A stretch of 64,000 bases of DNA from an uncultured Phycisphaerales bacterium (GCA_963844715.1 CAWJPJ010000007.1:1312001-1376000); one strand, 5' to 3'. Positions 1 to 11,560 are shown, counted from the first letter of the stretch. A program made the numbers and translations. Notes: generated by a model from the letters alone, not told the origin.

Positions 1-1
1 C

Positions 2-319
2 CACGATTTTGTTGACCACGCCGAAGCGTATGTCAAAGGCGCGGTTCATACGAACGGTTTGGAAAATTTCTGGGCGCTGTTCAAAAGGTGCATCAAGGGA
101 ACGCACGTTTCGATTGAGCCATATCACCTTGCGGCTTATGTGGATTCCGAAGCCTACAGATTTAACCACCGAGAAACCGATGATTTCAATAGGTTTTTCG
201 GCGCTCTTCGGGGCATTTCCGGCAAGCGACTGGATTATCGGACGCTGATCGGCAAAAATGACATGGAGCCGGATTCAGAAAACGGCAAGGGCGCGGGAAG
301 CGTAACGCCCGACGCATAA
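2..319 (+). CDS. IS1595-family (ISXO2-like) transposase, C-terminal part, truncated by window edge
   Basis: Frame from nt 2 reads HDFVDHAEAYVKGAVHTNGLENFWALFKRCIKGTHVSIEPYHLAAYVDSEAYRFNHR, the HTNxxExFWxxxKR...HLxxYxxExxxRxN signature of IS1595 transposases. Confidence 0.9.
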   Translation, partial: HDFVDHAEAYVKGAVHTNGLENFWALFKRCIKGTHVSIEPYHLAAYVDSEAYRFNHRETDDFNRFFGALRGISGKRLDYRTLIGKNDMEPDSENGKGAGSVTPDA

Positions 320-333
320 CAGAAACGGTCTAC

Positions 334-1104
334 ATGCCGAAACAAGTCACCTTCAGCACAAAGCGAACGGGGGGAAAGGTGACGGTGCGCGAGCTTATAG
401 ACGTGCTAGGAAAGGCAATGAAATGGCTTCGCACCCTTGATCCAGATTCCCCCGTCGAATGGGAAGTCGTCAAGATAAAAATGGGTGAGCGGCTTAGCCT
501 TACCTTTAATAATCCACAAGCCAACGGAGCAGTCACGAGCGGAATGGGTGAATTGCGTTCTCTCCAACAAAAAAGAAAACCGAAAATCGCGCCGAGACTC
601 AGTAGTGCCGTTATTGAAAGCACGAGGGAATTAGCGCAAGTTTTGGGAACTGGCTTTGAATCCCTTATGATTTCCTCCCCCGGCGTTCGCGCTGTAAAGG
701 TCACGCCCAATTTGGTCAATCGCGTGGCGGAACTTTCCAAACCAACTCCGGTTTTCCGAACGGAGTGGACGACGATTGAGGGCATAATGGATCAGGTAAC
801 AGTCGAGACAGATAAATCTCGATTCAGGATATCCCATCCACTTACAGGTGAAGAAATAACTTGCACCTTCGATCAGGGAGTAGTTAATCTTGAAGATGTA
901 AAAGAAGCGCTCCCGCATCGAGTTGCGGTATATGGTCGCGCGAGGTTGGATCGCATGGGCAAAACCACTTCCATCGAAGTGTCCAAACTTACCCAACTCC
1001 GCGATGAATCTGAATTTCCGCGGATCGCGTCGATGCCTAGCATTGATATAACCAGCGGGATGGACCCGGCTGATTATGTGGAAAGGGTAAGGGGTGGCGA
1101 GTAA
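334..1104 (+). CDS. Hypothetical protein, putative partner/antitoxin of the downstream PIN protein
   Basis: 256-aa ORF overlapping the PIN gene by 11 nt; beta-rich (OB-like) C-terminal half and a VapB-like tail DITSGMDPADYVERVR. Confidence 0.6.
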   Translation: MPKQVTFSTKRTGGKVTVRELIDVLGKAMKWLRTLDPDSPVEWEVVKIKMGERLSLTFNNPQANGAVTSGMGELRSLQQKRKPKIAPRLSSAVIESTRELAQVLGTGFESLMISSPGVRAVKVTPNLVNRVAELSKPTPVFRTEWTTIEGIMDQVTVETDKSRFRISHPLTGEEITCTFDQGVVNLEDVKEALPHRVAVYGRARLDRMGKTTSIEVSKLTQLRDESEFPRIASMPSIDITSGMDPADYVERVRGGE

Positions 1105-1723
1105 TCTTCTACCTCAGATCGCGTGGGATTCCTGTATCGTCATCCATTTTTTAGAACAGACGCCAGGAAATTTTCCTGTAATTTTTCCAATCGCTAAAGA
1201 CGCGGAAGATAAAAAACTAAAGATCGTTGTGTCCATGCTCACGATTGCCGAAACGCTTCGATTGACGGGAACGTTATCGGCCGATCAGGAAACCATAATT
1301 TCTGATTTTTTTGAGCGTCCATTCGTACACCGCGAATCAGTCGGACTTTTCATTGCCGAACGCGCTCGGGACATTCGAAGAAAATATGAAGTGGACAGCG
1401 CCGACTCTATCCACATTGCGACAGCGGCGCAGACAAATAGCCAATTTTTCCTAACTTACGACGGAACGAAAAGAAGAAACAAAAAGCCACTTCTCAAGCT
1501 CGATCAACAGATTTTTCTTGCCGATGGTTCTCCCCTTCGGATCGTGACGCCGGAAGAGTATGATAATATTCAACGACTAAAGGCGCAACCGCTAGTGGCC
1601 TTGGCGACCGATACGACCGTGACTCCAGAAACGCCGGCAGCGCAAGCAGTCGAACCGCAAACGCCAGTCGCGCAACCAGAGACAGAAAAACCTTCCGCAG
1701 ACGCCGGAAATATCAATGGCTGA
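1094..1723 (+). CDS. PIN-domain (VapC-like) ribonuclease
   Basis: Acidic PIN residues present in WDSC, IAET, ADSIHIATA and LTYD. Confidence 0.85.
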   Translation: MASNLLPQIAWDSCIVIHFLEQTPGNFPVIFPIAKDAEDKKLKIVVSMLTIAETLRLTGTLSADQETIISDFFERPFVHRESVGLFIAERARDIRRKYEVDSADSIHIATAAQTNSQFFLTYDGTKRRNKKPLLKLDQQIFLADGSPLRIVTPEEYDNIQRLKAQPLVALATDTTVTPETPAAQAVEPQTPVAQPETEKPSADAGNING

Positions 1724-1822
1724 AAACACCCTCTTCGTCGAAGTCTCTGAAAAAACTATCCCGGTGAAAGATGATTCTCGGCATCGACGCATGAGGCGCG
1801 GTATAATGCAACTGGAGAACAC

Positions 1823-1986
1823 ATGAAACAATCCCACCACAAGACAGCGAATGACGTATTAGTGACAGATGGCGCAGCAGCCATGCGGAAAACGATTCTC
1901 GCGGCACGCGGGGCGTGGCCGTGCCAAAGTCAAAAATCGACGCGGAGATGGCGAAGGAAAAGTCGGGACGATCTAAGCGAAAGTGA
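1823..1986 (+). CDS. Small hypothetical protein near the IS end (one frameshift)
   Basis: GGAGA RBS and ATG at 1823; after a shift near 1910 it reads VAVPKSKIDAEMAKEKSGRSKRK*. Confidence 0.35.
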
Positions 1987-2051
1987 ATCGGGGCGCGTTA
2001 GGATTTCCGGCAGATCGGCAGCGTGAGTTGGCAAGTATATAATTACCCAAA

Positions 2052-3026
2052 TTAGGGCCAGAGGGGCGTGCCTTCCAAACCGGCGGTTTCCGGTAATCCA
2101 CACATCAGATTGGCATTCTGCACAGCCTGCCCGGCGGCGCCTTTGCCGAGGTTGTCGATCGCGCCAAGAGCGACGATCGACCCATCCCCGGCCGAGGCGT
2201 AGGAAACGAACGCCAGATTCGAGCCGGTGGCCCATTTGGTATGCGGCGGCTGTTCCGACACACGCACGAAAGCGCGCCCGGCGTAAAACTTCCGTGCGGC
2301 GGCGAAGCATTGCTCGGTTGTGGCTTGTCCGCGCAGGTAGCATGTGGCCAGGATTCCGCGCGTCATGGGGATTAGATGGGGTGTGAAAATAATTTGCGCG
2401 GCCTTATCGCCGAGGAGAGACTGGGTCGTTGCGGCGATTTCGGGGACGTGAACGTGTTTGAGCAGGCCGTACGCTGAAACGTCTTCATTCACTTCGGCAA
2501 AGCCGAGCTTGGATTCCCCACCGCGCCCTGCGCCGCTGACCCCGCTCTTGGCGTCGATGATGATCGGCGAATCCGCGGCGACGATTTTTGCCGCCAGCAA
2601 CGGAGCGATCGCAATCAGCGACGCCGAGGGATAACACCCCGGATTCGAGACGCGATTGGCTCCACGAATCTTCTCCGGCCAGACATCCGCCAGACCGTAA
2701 ACCCAGCCGTCGGCGTACCGATGATCGCCGCCAATATCGACGATTTTGACATTCGATCCCAAGCCTTCGAATGCTCCGCGCGAGGCACCCGTCGGGAGGG
2801 ACGCGAACAGCAAATCGAGGTTTTTCTGGCTCTGGGGATTCCAGGTTTCGATGGTGAGGTTTGCGAGTTTCGAATGAACCCCCGGATACCGCTCAACTAG
2901 CTTCTTCCCGGCGGAGGTTTCGCCGGAAACATGAACGACTTCAAAATTGGGATGGGTTGAGCAGAGGCGGAGGATTTCCCCGCCGCCATAGCCGCCTACA
3001 CCGAGGATTCCAACGCGAATGCCCAT
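2052..3026 (-). CDS. argC: N-acetyl-gamma-glutamyl-phosphate reductase
   Basis: GxxGYGG Rossmann start, NPGCYP, SGVSGAGR, DNLGKGAAGQAVQN. Confidence 0.97.
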   Translation of the reverse strand: MGIRVGILGVGGYGGGEILRLCSTHPNFEVVHVSGETSAGKKLVERYPGVHSKLANLTIETWNPQSQKNLDLLFASLPTGASRGAFEGLGSNVKIVDIGGDHRYADGWVYGLADVWPEKIRGANRVSNPGCYPSASLIAIAPLLAAKIVAADSPIIIDAKSGVSGAGRGGESKLGFAEVNEDVSAYGLLKHVHVPEIAATTQSLLGDKAAQIIFTPHLIPMTRGILATCYLRGQATTEQCFAAARKFYAGRAFVRVSEQPPHTKWATGSNLAFVSYASAGDGSIVALGAIDNLGKGAAGQAVQNANLMCGLPETAGLEGTPLWP

Positions 3027-3058
3027 CCCCCAAGGATATCCAAAAACCGCACCGCCTT

Positions 3059-3307
3059 CTATTGATTCGCCAACTGCTTGTTCGCGTCATCCAGCTTCTG
3101 TTGCGCGTCCTGGGCTTCCTGCTGGTATTTGGCCGCAGCGTTCGGATCGTCAGTTGCAAAGCGATGAATGAGGTCCACTTTCGCTTGGGCGACTTCCTTT
3201 TGGATGCGGAGATCGAGGTTCTGCGCTTCCTGGGGATGATGTACGCCCCAGGCCATTCCTATTCCGGCGCCGACAACAAAAATGACGAGATGCGTGATGA
3301 GTTTCAC
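3059..3307 (-). CDS. Small hypothetical membrane-anchored protein
   Basis: N-terminal hydrophobic helix and coiled-coil tail; co-oriented between ispG and argC. Confidence 0.65.
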   Translation of the reverse strand: MKLITHLVIFVVGAGIGMAWGVHHPQEAQNLDLRIQKEVAQAKVDLIHRFATDDPNAAAKYQQEAQDAQQKLDDANKQLANQ

Positions 3308-3347
3308 GGCCGGACCTCCCGCGATTTAGAGCCGCCCTTGGCTCGGA

Positions 3348-4596
3348 TTACTTAATGACCGGCAGCGAGACGCCCCGCTCGCTTTCGATCTTTTCCCAGC
3401 CGCTGCCCACTTCGCCGACGGGGTCGGGGGGAAGAATGTCCACTTTCTTCTCGCCGAGTTTGGCCCGGCCGGCTTTGACTTCCTGCTCGAATTTCCTGCA
3501 TTCTTCGAGCAACTTCTCCAAAATGTCCTCTTCGGGCACGTTGGCGACGCGCTGCCCTTGCACGTAGATGATCCCCTTGCGATCGCCGGCGAAAATCGCG
3601 ATGTCGGCCCCTTCGCATTCGCCGGGGCCGTTGACCACGCAGCCCATGACGGCGACTTTAATGGGCAGGGAAATTTCCTTGGACAGTTGTTTCCGCACGT
3701 CCTGAACCAGCTTGAAGAGATCGACCTGAATCCGCCCGCAGGTGGGGCAGGCGATCAGTTCCGCGCCGACTCTTGTGCGCAGACCCAGGACGTATAGGAG
3801 TTCCAAACCGTCTTCAACTTCGTACACGGGATCGTTCGCGTAGCTGATTCGGAGAGTATCGCCGATGCCGGTACAAAGTAGATGGCCCAGGGGGACGACG
3901 GAACGGATGGTTCCGGTTTCCTTCGGGCCGGCATGCGTGACGCCGAGGTGCAGCGGGTAATCGAATCGCTGGCTGATTTCCTTATACGCGGCGATCACCA
4001 GTTCTGGGTCGATGCTCTTGGCGCTGATGACAATGTCGTGAAAGTCTTCCTCGTGGAAAATTTCGAGATATTCCTCGAGTTTGGTGACCATGATAGCCAG
4101 CAGATGGCCGTGTTTGTTGTTGGAGAAGACGCCGCCGAGTTCCTTCATGCGGCGCTGCTTATCCCGGCGTTCGACGATCGACCCTTCATTGACGCCGACA
4201 CGGATGGGGATTTTTTTGGCTTTACAGGCCTGGATGACGTCTTTCACCTGGGCCCGGTCGTTGATGTTGCCGGGGTTGAGGCGGATTTTGTGAATCCCCG
4301 CCTCGATGGCTTCCAGGGCGCTGAAAGTGGAAGTGAACGTCCGCGACGATGGGGACCGACACACGCGGGAGGATTTCCTTCAGGGCCGCCGTGTCTTTTC
4401 GCTCCGGAACCGCGACCCGGACGAAATCGGCACCGGCGGTGGCGAGTTTGTTGATCTCCGCGACGCATTTATCGATTTCATGCGTGTACACGCTGGTCAT
4501 CGATTGGACGGAGACCGGCGAATCGCCCCCGATTCCCACGAAACCATGTTTTTCATCGCCCAGAACGACTTTTCGCGTTTTACGACGGGAAATCAT
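3348..4596 (-). CDS. ispG: 4-hydroxy-3-methylbut-2-en-1-yl diphosphate synthase (frameshift near 4320)
   Basis: VQSMT, VADVHF, IRLNPGN, IACPTCGR and VMGCVVNGPGE motifs split over two ORFs. Confidence 0.95.
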
Positions 4597-4753
4597 GGGC
4601 GAAATGCTACGTGCCGGAGCGGGGGAAATCAAACCTATTCGGGGCGGCCTGGGGACCCGAAGGTCTCATAACTTTTGGCGGCTTCATGGCTAACTTCCCG
4701 ACGCCGGGGACTGTCTGTCTAATGGGTGGCGCTTCGCGGAGGCTCCCATCGCA

Positions 4754-5952
4754 ATGCGCGCGTCAATTCTCATACTTTTAAACCTCCTCCTTTGCGTGCC
4801 TGCCATGGCGGACGACCCGCAGGCTCTCGTCGCGGCGGCGGCCGCCAGCGCGGTCTACAACCTGAACAGCGATATCTCCGCCGAATCCATCCGCCCGAAT
4901 CTGACGGTCAACTCGTTTCTGGACAAAACCGATTCCCATCCGCAGCTTTTGGCGCTTCTCCGGCAGGCGCAGCAGATCGGGGGCCCGCGATGGATCGATG
5001 CGCAGACATGCCAGATACGCATGGATATTCCCGCCTCGACCGTGCGCGCGGAGCTGAAGCAGATTGCGGCTGGCAACACGCAGACGACGCCGATCAGCCC
5101 GGATGAACTATCCAGCGATCTGAAATCGTGGGATGCCCGGGTTTTTTCGGCCACGGGGACCAGCACCGGTTCGATCGACCAGATTCGCCCGCCGGTCGGC
5201 GCGCCCGCCTGGGCGGATGCATCCCAGCAGGAGATTCAGCAGGACGTATCCGCGGCGCGGCAAGATGCGGCGAATCGAATTCTGGCCAGCATTCAGGGGG
5301 TCGCGCTGGCGGGCGGAAAAACGGTCGGGGACGCCTTGGCGATTCCGGCGGTAGGGCATGCGATGAACGATTGGATCGTTCCGCAGCCGATTACTCTGGT
5401 CGAGTTCCGAGATGATCGTCAGATCGGCGTGACACTGGCGGTCTCGGCGCCGGGATTCGTGGAAAAACTTCAATCGGTCCTGACGGGTCGGACCGATTTG
5501 CCGTTGCCGGCCGACGAGCGTGCCTGGAGCGGCGTGGCCGATGCCATTTCCCGGCAGATGGCCGCGCCGGTTGGGCACGGTGGGGCGGCATCGGTCGCAC
5601 CAACTTCCGAACCCGAGCGTTTTGTCCTCCCCGACCCACCCCCCGACTGGATCTTCCGACAGCTCGACGCCTCGGCAACCGCCACCGCCGATTCACCCCT
5701 CCACGCCGCCCGCGCCGCTGAGCTTGCCGCTACGGACAACCTTCGGCAGCAAATCGAGCACCTTCCCGTCGGCACGGGCCACACCCTTCGCGACATCTCG
5801 GCGTCCCACCCTCGCTTCGCCGCCGCGATCGACCGCACCCTGGCCCGCATGCCCATGTTTATAGCGTGGATTATCAAACAGACGGATCGGCGAGCGTGCG
5901 CATCTCATTGGATTTGCAAGACCTGTGGCAGATGCTGTGGCTGGCCCAGTAA
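4754..5952 (+). CDS. Secreted hypothetical protein (likely frameshift near 5850)
   Basis: Signal peptide MRASILILLNLLLCVPAMA; long ORF. Confidence 0.65.
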
Positions 5953-6071
5953 TCGGATCGCTGTGCCCCTTTCTGCTCTGCCGCGCATGACCGGGGGAGG
6001 AGAATATGCGGCGAGAATATCTCAGGGCCAATATCGTTTAAACTTACGTGGGTTTAAACGAGGGTTCGGCC

Positions 6072-6509
6072 ATGCGGCTCAATAATTCCATTTCTATTTG
6101 GGTTTCGGTTCTTTGCGCGATGGTTGCGGTCTATCTACCCGCCGGTTCGGCCAAGGGGGATGCCACTACGCAGCCCAGCGGGTCGATCACAGTTCACGTG
6201 GTTGGTCAGGACAGCAAGCCGGTTGCCGGGGCGACCGTGTTGCTGATAAAGGGCGGCGAATTTCATCATCGCGATCCGGCTTCCCAGCCGACCGATCCGC
6301 CTGCCGGCGGGCATCGCACGCCGCCCCCTTCCATTGCCCAGGGTACGACCGACGACAGCGGTACGTTCGTGTTCGACAATGTCCCGCATGGCCAATACGG
6401 CGTGCTGGCGATGCTCCATCACGTCGGGCACGGGCATATGCGCGTCGAGCTTTCGGGCGATTCGGCGACCGTGACCATCACGCTCCAGCCGCCGCATTCG
6501 CAGCAGTGA
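6072..6509 (+). CDS. Secreted carboxypeptidase-regulatory-like (prealbumin-fold) domain protein
   Basis: Signal peptide, DATTQPS, GSITVHVV..KPVAGATV, TDDSGTFVFDNVPHGQY. Confidence 0.75.
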   Translation: MRLNNSISIWVSVLCAMVAVYLPAGSAKGDATTQPSGSITVHVVGQDSKPVAGATVLLIKGGEFHHRDPASQPTDPPAGGHRTPPPSIAQGTTDDSGTFVFDNVPHGQYGVLAMLHHVGHGHMRVELSGDSATVTITLQPPHSQQ

Positions 6510-6512
6510 CGG

Positions 6513-7157
6513 TTATTTCCGCGCGAGGGCCTCGGCGACATAGGGATTGTAATCCGCCTGCGCCTGCAAGATGGTGGCTTCTCCATGGCCGGTGAGAAGG
6601 TGCGTGTCGCCGGGGAGTTTCATGACCTTGCGGATCGAGTCGTAGAGATCAGCTTCGTTTGAATCCGGCAAATCCGTGCGCCCGACGGCGTTCATGATAA
6701 TCAAGTCGCCGCCAATCAGAATTTTTTGATCGGGAAAATGGTACATGACGTGGCCGGGCGAATGGCCCGGGGTGTAAATCACTCGCACTTTCAGGGAGCC
6801 GATGGAGAGTTCCTGCCCGTCTTCAACAAACCCGTCGGCATGGCGCGAGGGGATCTCAAAAGGCAATGTGAAAAATCGGGTGGTGGGTTGAATCAATTTC
6901 GGTTCGTCGAGTTTGTGCATCAGAATTTTGGCGGCGGGGAATTGGGCGGTGACCACCGCGTGATCGGCCACATGATCGAAGTGGCCGTGCGTGAGCCAAA
7001 GACCGATTAAATCCCACCCGCGCTTCTTGGCTTCTTCCAGAAGCGGCGCGGTGGTGTGGTCCGGGGCGTCGAAGAGAACGGCTTTGCCGCTCGATTCATC
7101 GGCGATCAGATAACAATTGGTCGCGGCGATTCCGCCGTTGTTGCGAAGGATTTGCAT
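6513..7157 (-). CDS. MBL-fold metallo-hydrolase (glyoxalase II-like)
   Basis: THGHFDH, TPGHSPG, GDL and GHG motifs. Confidence 0.93.
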   Translation of the reverse strand: MQILRNNGGIAATNCYLIADESSGKAVLFDAPDHTTAPLLEEAKKRGWDLIGLWLTHGHFDHVADHAVVTAQFPAAKILMHKLDEPKLIQPTTRFFTLPFEIPSRHADGFVEDGQELSIGSLKVRVIYTPGHSPGHVMYHFPDQKILIGGDLIIMNAVGRTDLPDSNEADLYDSIRKVMKLPGDTHLLTGHGEATILQAQADYNPYVAEALARK

Positions 7158-7160
7158 AAA

Positions 7161-8182
7161 TTACTCGAAGCTAAGGCCGATTTGTTTTCGGATTTCGTCC
7201 AGCACGCGCATGTTGCCGATGGAATCCTCCCGGGTGACCCGCGGCGGCCAGCCGCTGCGGATGGAATTGGCAAAATCGTCTGCTTCAACCGCATACAGTT
7301 CCGCCCGCGCGTTGACCCAGTGAATTACCCGGGGCGGTTTGGCGGCCCGATGGGCAGCGCCGCCGTCCATTTTAGGCGGCGTTCCCTGCGTGACGATGAA
7401 TTTCGCCTTGGGGCGCGGCTTCCAAGGTATTGGGATTTCAATAAATCCCTCGTCGCCGCATAGATAGGCGGTGTTGTCCGCCTGGGTCGCGAGGCCGCAA
7501 ACGAATTGTGCGATTAACCCGCTGGGAAAGCGCAGCGTGGCGGCCGTGATTTCGTCGACGCCGCTGGAATGAAATTGCGCGACGGCTGCGATGGATTGCG
7601 GCTCGGCGCCGGCGAATAATCTGGCGAAGTTGACGCAGTAACATCCGACATCCATGAGCGCGCCCCCGCCCAACTGCCGGGCGAAGCGGACGTTCCCATC
7701 GATTCTTCGGGTACGAAAGCAGAAGCTCGCGCGGATCAGCCGCAAATGCCCGATCGCCCCGTCGGCGACCGCCTGCACCGCCGCCGCGGTAGCCGGGTGG
7801 CAGCGGTACATGAACGCCTCCATCAACGTGCGGCCGGATTTTGGGCCTCGTCGAACATCCGCTCGGCCTCGGGGGCGTTCATGCCCAGCGGCTTTTCGCA
7901 CAAGACGTGCTTGCCCCCCCGCAGCGCCTGGATTGTCCAATGCGCGTGCAGCGAATTGGGAAGGGCGACATAAACGGCGTCGACGCTGGGGTCCGCGATG
8001 AGCGATTCGTAGCTCCCGTGGGCGTGGGGAATGTGGCAAAGCTTGGCGAAGTCGCGGGCGGCGGATTCGGTGCGCGATCCAACAGCGGTTGGGTGCGTGT
8101 GGCGGGAGCCTTTGATGCCGAGACAGAACTGCCGCGCGATGTTTCCTGTGCCAAGAATTCCCCAGCGCAGCGGACCGGTCAT
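7161..8182 (-). CDS. Gfo/Idh/MocA oxidoreductase (frameshift near 7840)
   Basis: WGILGTGNIA, GKHVLCEKP, EAFMYR, GGGALMDVGCY. Confidence 0.92.
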
Positions 8183-8221
8183 GGCGGACCAATGTAGCCG
8201 CCGGTTAAACTTGAGCCAATC

Positions 8222-9304
8222 GTGGCGGCGCGGATTCTGCTTTTGATGACGGACTTGGAAATCGGCGGCACGCCGACGGTGGTGCGGGAATTGGCGATTC
8301 GTTTAGCGCGCTCCGGGGCATACGTTCATGTCGCGGGCCTGGACCGGTGGGGCCCCGTGGGGGACCAATTGAGGGAGCGGCGCATCGACGCGACGGCCCT
8401 GGACGCGCGCTCGCCGTCCGACGTGACGGCGATCGTGCGATTGATCGAGCTGATCCACCTTCGCAAAATCGGCACGGTTTTCAGCTTTTTGCTTCACGCC
8501 AACGCGGCTGCGGCGCTGTGCCGGCCGTTGTTTCCGACGGTCCGGTTCGTCCAGTCGATCCAGACGACGCAGCCTTACCCGAGATGGCATTGGACCGTTC
8601 AGCGCATCGTTCAGTGGGTTGCCGAGAAGGTGGTCGTGCCGTCGCCCTCGGCGGCGCGAGCAGCGCGGCGGTTTGCGGGCGTGCCGGAGAGGAAGATCGT
8701 GGTCATTCCCAACGCCGTGGAGCCGGCGGATTTTCAGCGAGCCTCGGGTCGCTCGGGCGGAAACATCGGATTCATCGGGCGGCTTGATCCAATTAAACGC
8801 GTCACCCGCCTGGTGCAGGCGATGACGCTCCTTGAGCCGGGGATCTGCCTGCACATTTTTGGGGATGGGGAAGACCGCGGGCGGATCGAGTCGGAAATCG
8901 CGCGGCTGAATCTGCAAAGCCGCGTGATTCTGCACGGCACGGTGACCGCCGTCGCCGCGGCGCTGGCGACGCTGGACCTGCTGGTTCTCCCCTCGGCGGC
9001 GGAGGGATTCGGGCTGGTTTTGATCGAAGCGATGGCGGCGGGCGTCCCGGTCGTCGCGACCGACGTTCCGGGGATACGTGATGTGGTCACGGATGGCGCG
9101 AATGGGATTCTGACCAGCACCCACGATCTCCGCTCGCTGGCCGGCGCAATTCGGCTCGGGCTGGGGGATGAGGAGCTGCGCGAGAAACTGATCGATGGGG
9201 GCCGAGCGGCGGTGGCGGAGCGATTTAATTGGGACGTCGTCTTCAAACAATATGAATCGCTTTTGCTGCCCGGGAAACAACCCCCTCCCCAGCCCTCCCC
9301 CTGA
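8222..9304 (+). CDS. GT4 glycosyltransferase
   Basis: GRLDPIK and EGFGLVLIEAMAAGVPVV. Confidence 0.93.
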   Translation: MAARILLLMTDLEIGGTPTVVRELAIRLARSGAYVHVAGLDRWGPVGDQLRERRIDATALDARSPSDVTAIVRLIELIHLRKIGTVFSFLLHANAAAALCRPLFPTVRFVQSIQTTQPYPRWHWTVQRIVQWVAEKVVVPSPSAARAARRFAGVPERKIVVIPNAVEPADFQRASGRSGGNIGFIGRLDPIKRVTRLVQAMTLLEPGICLHIFGDGEDRGRIESEIARLNLQSRVILHGTVTAVAAALATLDLLVLPSAAEGFGLVLIEAMAAGVPVVATDVPGIRDVVTDGANGILTSTHDLRSLAGAIRLGLGDEELREKLIDGGRAAVAERFNWDVVFKQYESLLLPGKQPPPQPSP

Positions 9305-9320
9305 GTACATGGGGAGGGAG
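9281..9320. repeat. REP-like palindrome with GAGTAC core
   Basis: CCCTCCCCCTGAGTACATGGGGAGGG; related copies at about 56285-56320, 56331-56369, 57649-57672 and 57833-57870. Confidence 0.8.
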
Positions 9321-9356
9321 AAATGCGGGCCGCCGCCGCCTGGGTGCGAATGTCGG

Positions 9357-10296
9357 TTAATCGTAAGGCATCGGGGTTTCGCCTTTCGGGCGGGTTTTCC
9401 AGCGGCGATGCATCCACCAATATTGTTCCGGGGCGTCGCGCACGAAATTTTCGATGGCCTTGGTGTATCGCTGAGTGATGTAGATGAGGGGATCGTTCTC
9501 GTTTTTCCAATCGTCGGGATAGATGATGTCTTGCGTGTCGATGAGGAATTGAAAGTGGGGCTCGATGCGGCGGGCGAAGCCGACGATGATGGGGACCTCA
9601 AATTGCATGGCCAGGAGCGCGATGGATTTATAGGTGCTGGCCTTGCGGCCGAAGAAATCGACGAAGACGCCTTTAGGTCCCGCGTTCTGATCGGCGACGA
9701 AGGCGACCACGCCGCCGGTCGAAAGTAGATCGGCGATCTCCATGGCCGCGCCTTTTTTATCGACGACTGCGCTGGCCGCGGCGCTGGCGCACGCCCATCA
9801 GCCAATCGTTGAGATAGGGATTATTCAGCGGGCGGGCGACGCTGACGGTTTCGAAGCCAAGGGTGGCTAGGGTGTAGCCGGTGATCTCCCAATTTCCGTA
9901 ATGGCCGGTGAGCATGATCAAGCCGCTGTGGCCGTTGCTGCCCTTGGTCATCAGCCTCAGGGTTTGCTGGATGTTTCCGAGGCGGATGTATTTCCGCCAC
10001 GTCTCAATGTGAATCAGCCGGGTCGCAAAAAGAATTTCCACCACGAGCATGAAAAGGTTTTCGACGCTGCGGCGGGCGATTCGGTCGCATTCTTGGGTAC
10101 TGAGATCGGGAAACGAATTGCGAAGGTTGGCCCGGCTGCGCGCCGAATGGCGGGCGTCGAGGCGATACCATATTCGAGCGAAGAACCGAGCCGAGGCGAG
10201 ACAAAAATCCACCGGGAGGGCATGGACGAGCATGGCAGCCGTGCGCACGGCGGCGTAGACGAGGCGATCGACCAGATCGTTGCGCTGCTGGGGCAT
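9357..10296 (-). CDS. Lipid A lauroyl/lysophospholipid acyltransferase, LpxL/HtrB family (frameshift near 9760)
   Basis: TGHYGNWE, ADQ..G..GVFVDFFG, PEQYWWMHRRWK. Confidence 0.92.
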
Positions 10297-10353
10297 GCTG
10301 AAACGGAAATTCTATATGGAATTCGGCAACGGTGCGATTTCCCGGGTAGCGGG

Positions 10354-11428
10354 CTACCCGCCTATCTGACTCATCTGCCGATTTCCATGATGGGAGTGAG
10401 TCTGCGGTTTGAGGCGAATGCATTCGACCATCGCTTCAGCCAGGGCGTCTGTATTATCCGATTGCCCGTTACGCAGAATGGCCTTTAAGTCGATTTCCCC
10501 GCCATCGAACAGGCAAGATCGAAGCACGCCGTCGGCGGTCAGACGCAGGCGGTTGCATGTCGAGCAGAATGGCATGGACATCGCGCTGATAAACCCGATT
10601 CGTCCGCGCGACTTCCCAATCTGCAAGCGCCAGACCTTGGCGGGCCCGACGCCGCTTTCGCTGTGACGATCGACCGGAGTCAGCGGGCCGAGTTCGCGCT
10701 CGATTGTTTCGCGCACGACGGATTCAGGGACAAGAGACCCATCGCCCCGGTCTTGGCTGGCGCAGCCTTGCGCGGGCCCGGCGTGCATGAGGGCAGCGTC
10801 GCCGAGGGGCATATATTCGATGAAGCGGACGGTCAGCCGGCGCGTAAGGGTCAGGCGCGCGAAATCGGCCAGTTCGTCGTCATTGATTCCGCGCATCGTT
10901 ACACAGTTGATCTTCAATGAGGAGAACCCGGCCTTCTCGGCCGCGTCCAGGCCCGCCATGACTGCGCGGAGATTTCCGTTGCGCGGTTATGCGCCGGAAT
11001 TTGTCCTCGCGGAGGCTGTCGAGGCTGACCGTGACGCGATCCAATCCGGCCTCGTGTAGCGGTTTAGCGAGATCGGCCAAAAGCTGGCCGTTCGTGGTCA
11101 GGGAAATATCGTCAGCGCCTTCAAACCGGAGGGCGGTGATGATCTGCGCCAAATCCGGGCGGAGAGTGGGCTCGCCGCCGGTAAGTTTGAATCGGGTGAT
11201 GCCGTGCGCCCGCATTGCCGCCCGGGCGACTTGCAGGATTTCATCTTTCGTCAGCAGATTCTGCTTTGCCAACCACGGCACGCCGTCCTCCGGCATGCAG
11301 TAAACGCAGCGGTAATTGCACCGGTCGGTGAGGCTGATTCGAAGTACCTGCACCGCGGAAATAGACCGCGGCCCGTTTTCAAATCGGGAGGGCGCGGGGG
11401 CGAGTTGCGTGACGATGGGAAGAATCAT
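10354..11428 (-). CDS. moaA: GTP 3',8-cyclase (frameshift near 10985)
   Basis: LRISLTDRCNYRCVYCMP, TGGEP, RFIEYMP, FCSTCNRLRLTADG and C-terminal MSQIGG. Confidence 0.95.
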
Positions 11429-11560
11429 CAATGGGCCTCTGCGGTCATTATAAGATTCCCGCATTATTTTAGCCCGCTTTTAGTTGTTTGACCCGTCTGA
11501 ATCCTTCGATAGGATACCAGCGTTGATCCGGGCAAAATGGGGACTGACGAGGAGCAATCC

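Larger units (their letters stand above)
1..2048 (+). mobile_element. Putative IS1595-family element with passenger genes (left end outside window)
   Basis: Transposase followed by co-oriented cargo of visibly lower GC. Ends at CAAGTATATAATTACCC (2032-2048), which resembles IS1595-type termini and lies just before the argC stop. The partner inverted repeat is not visible. Confidence 0.5.
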
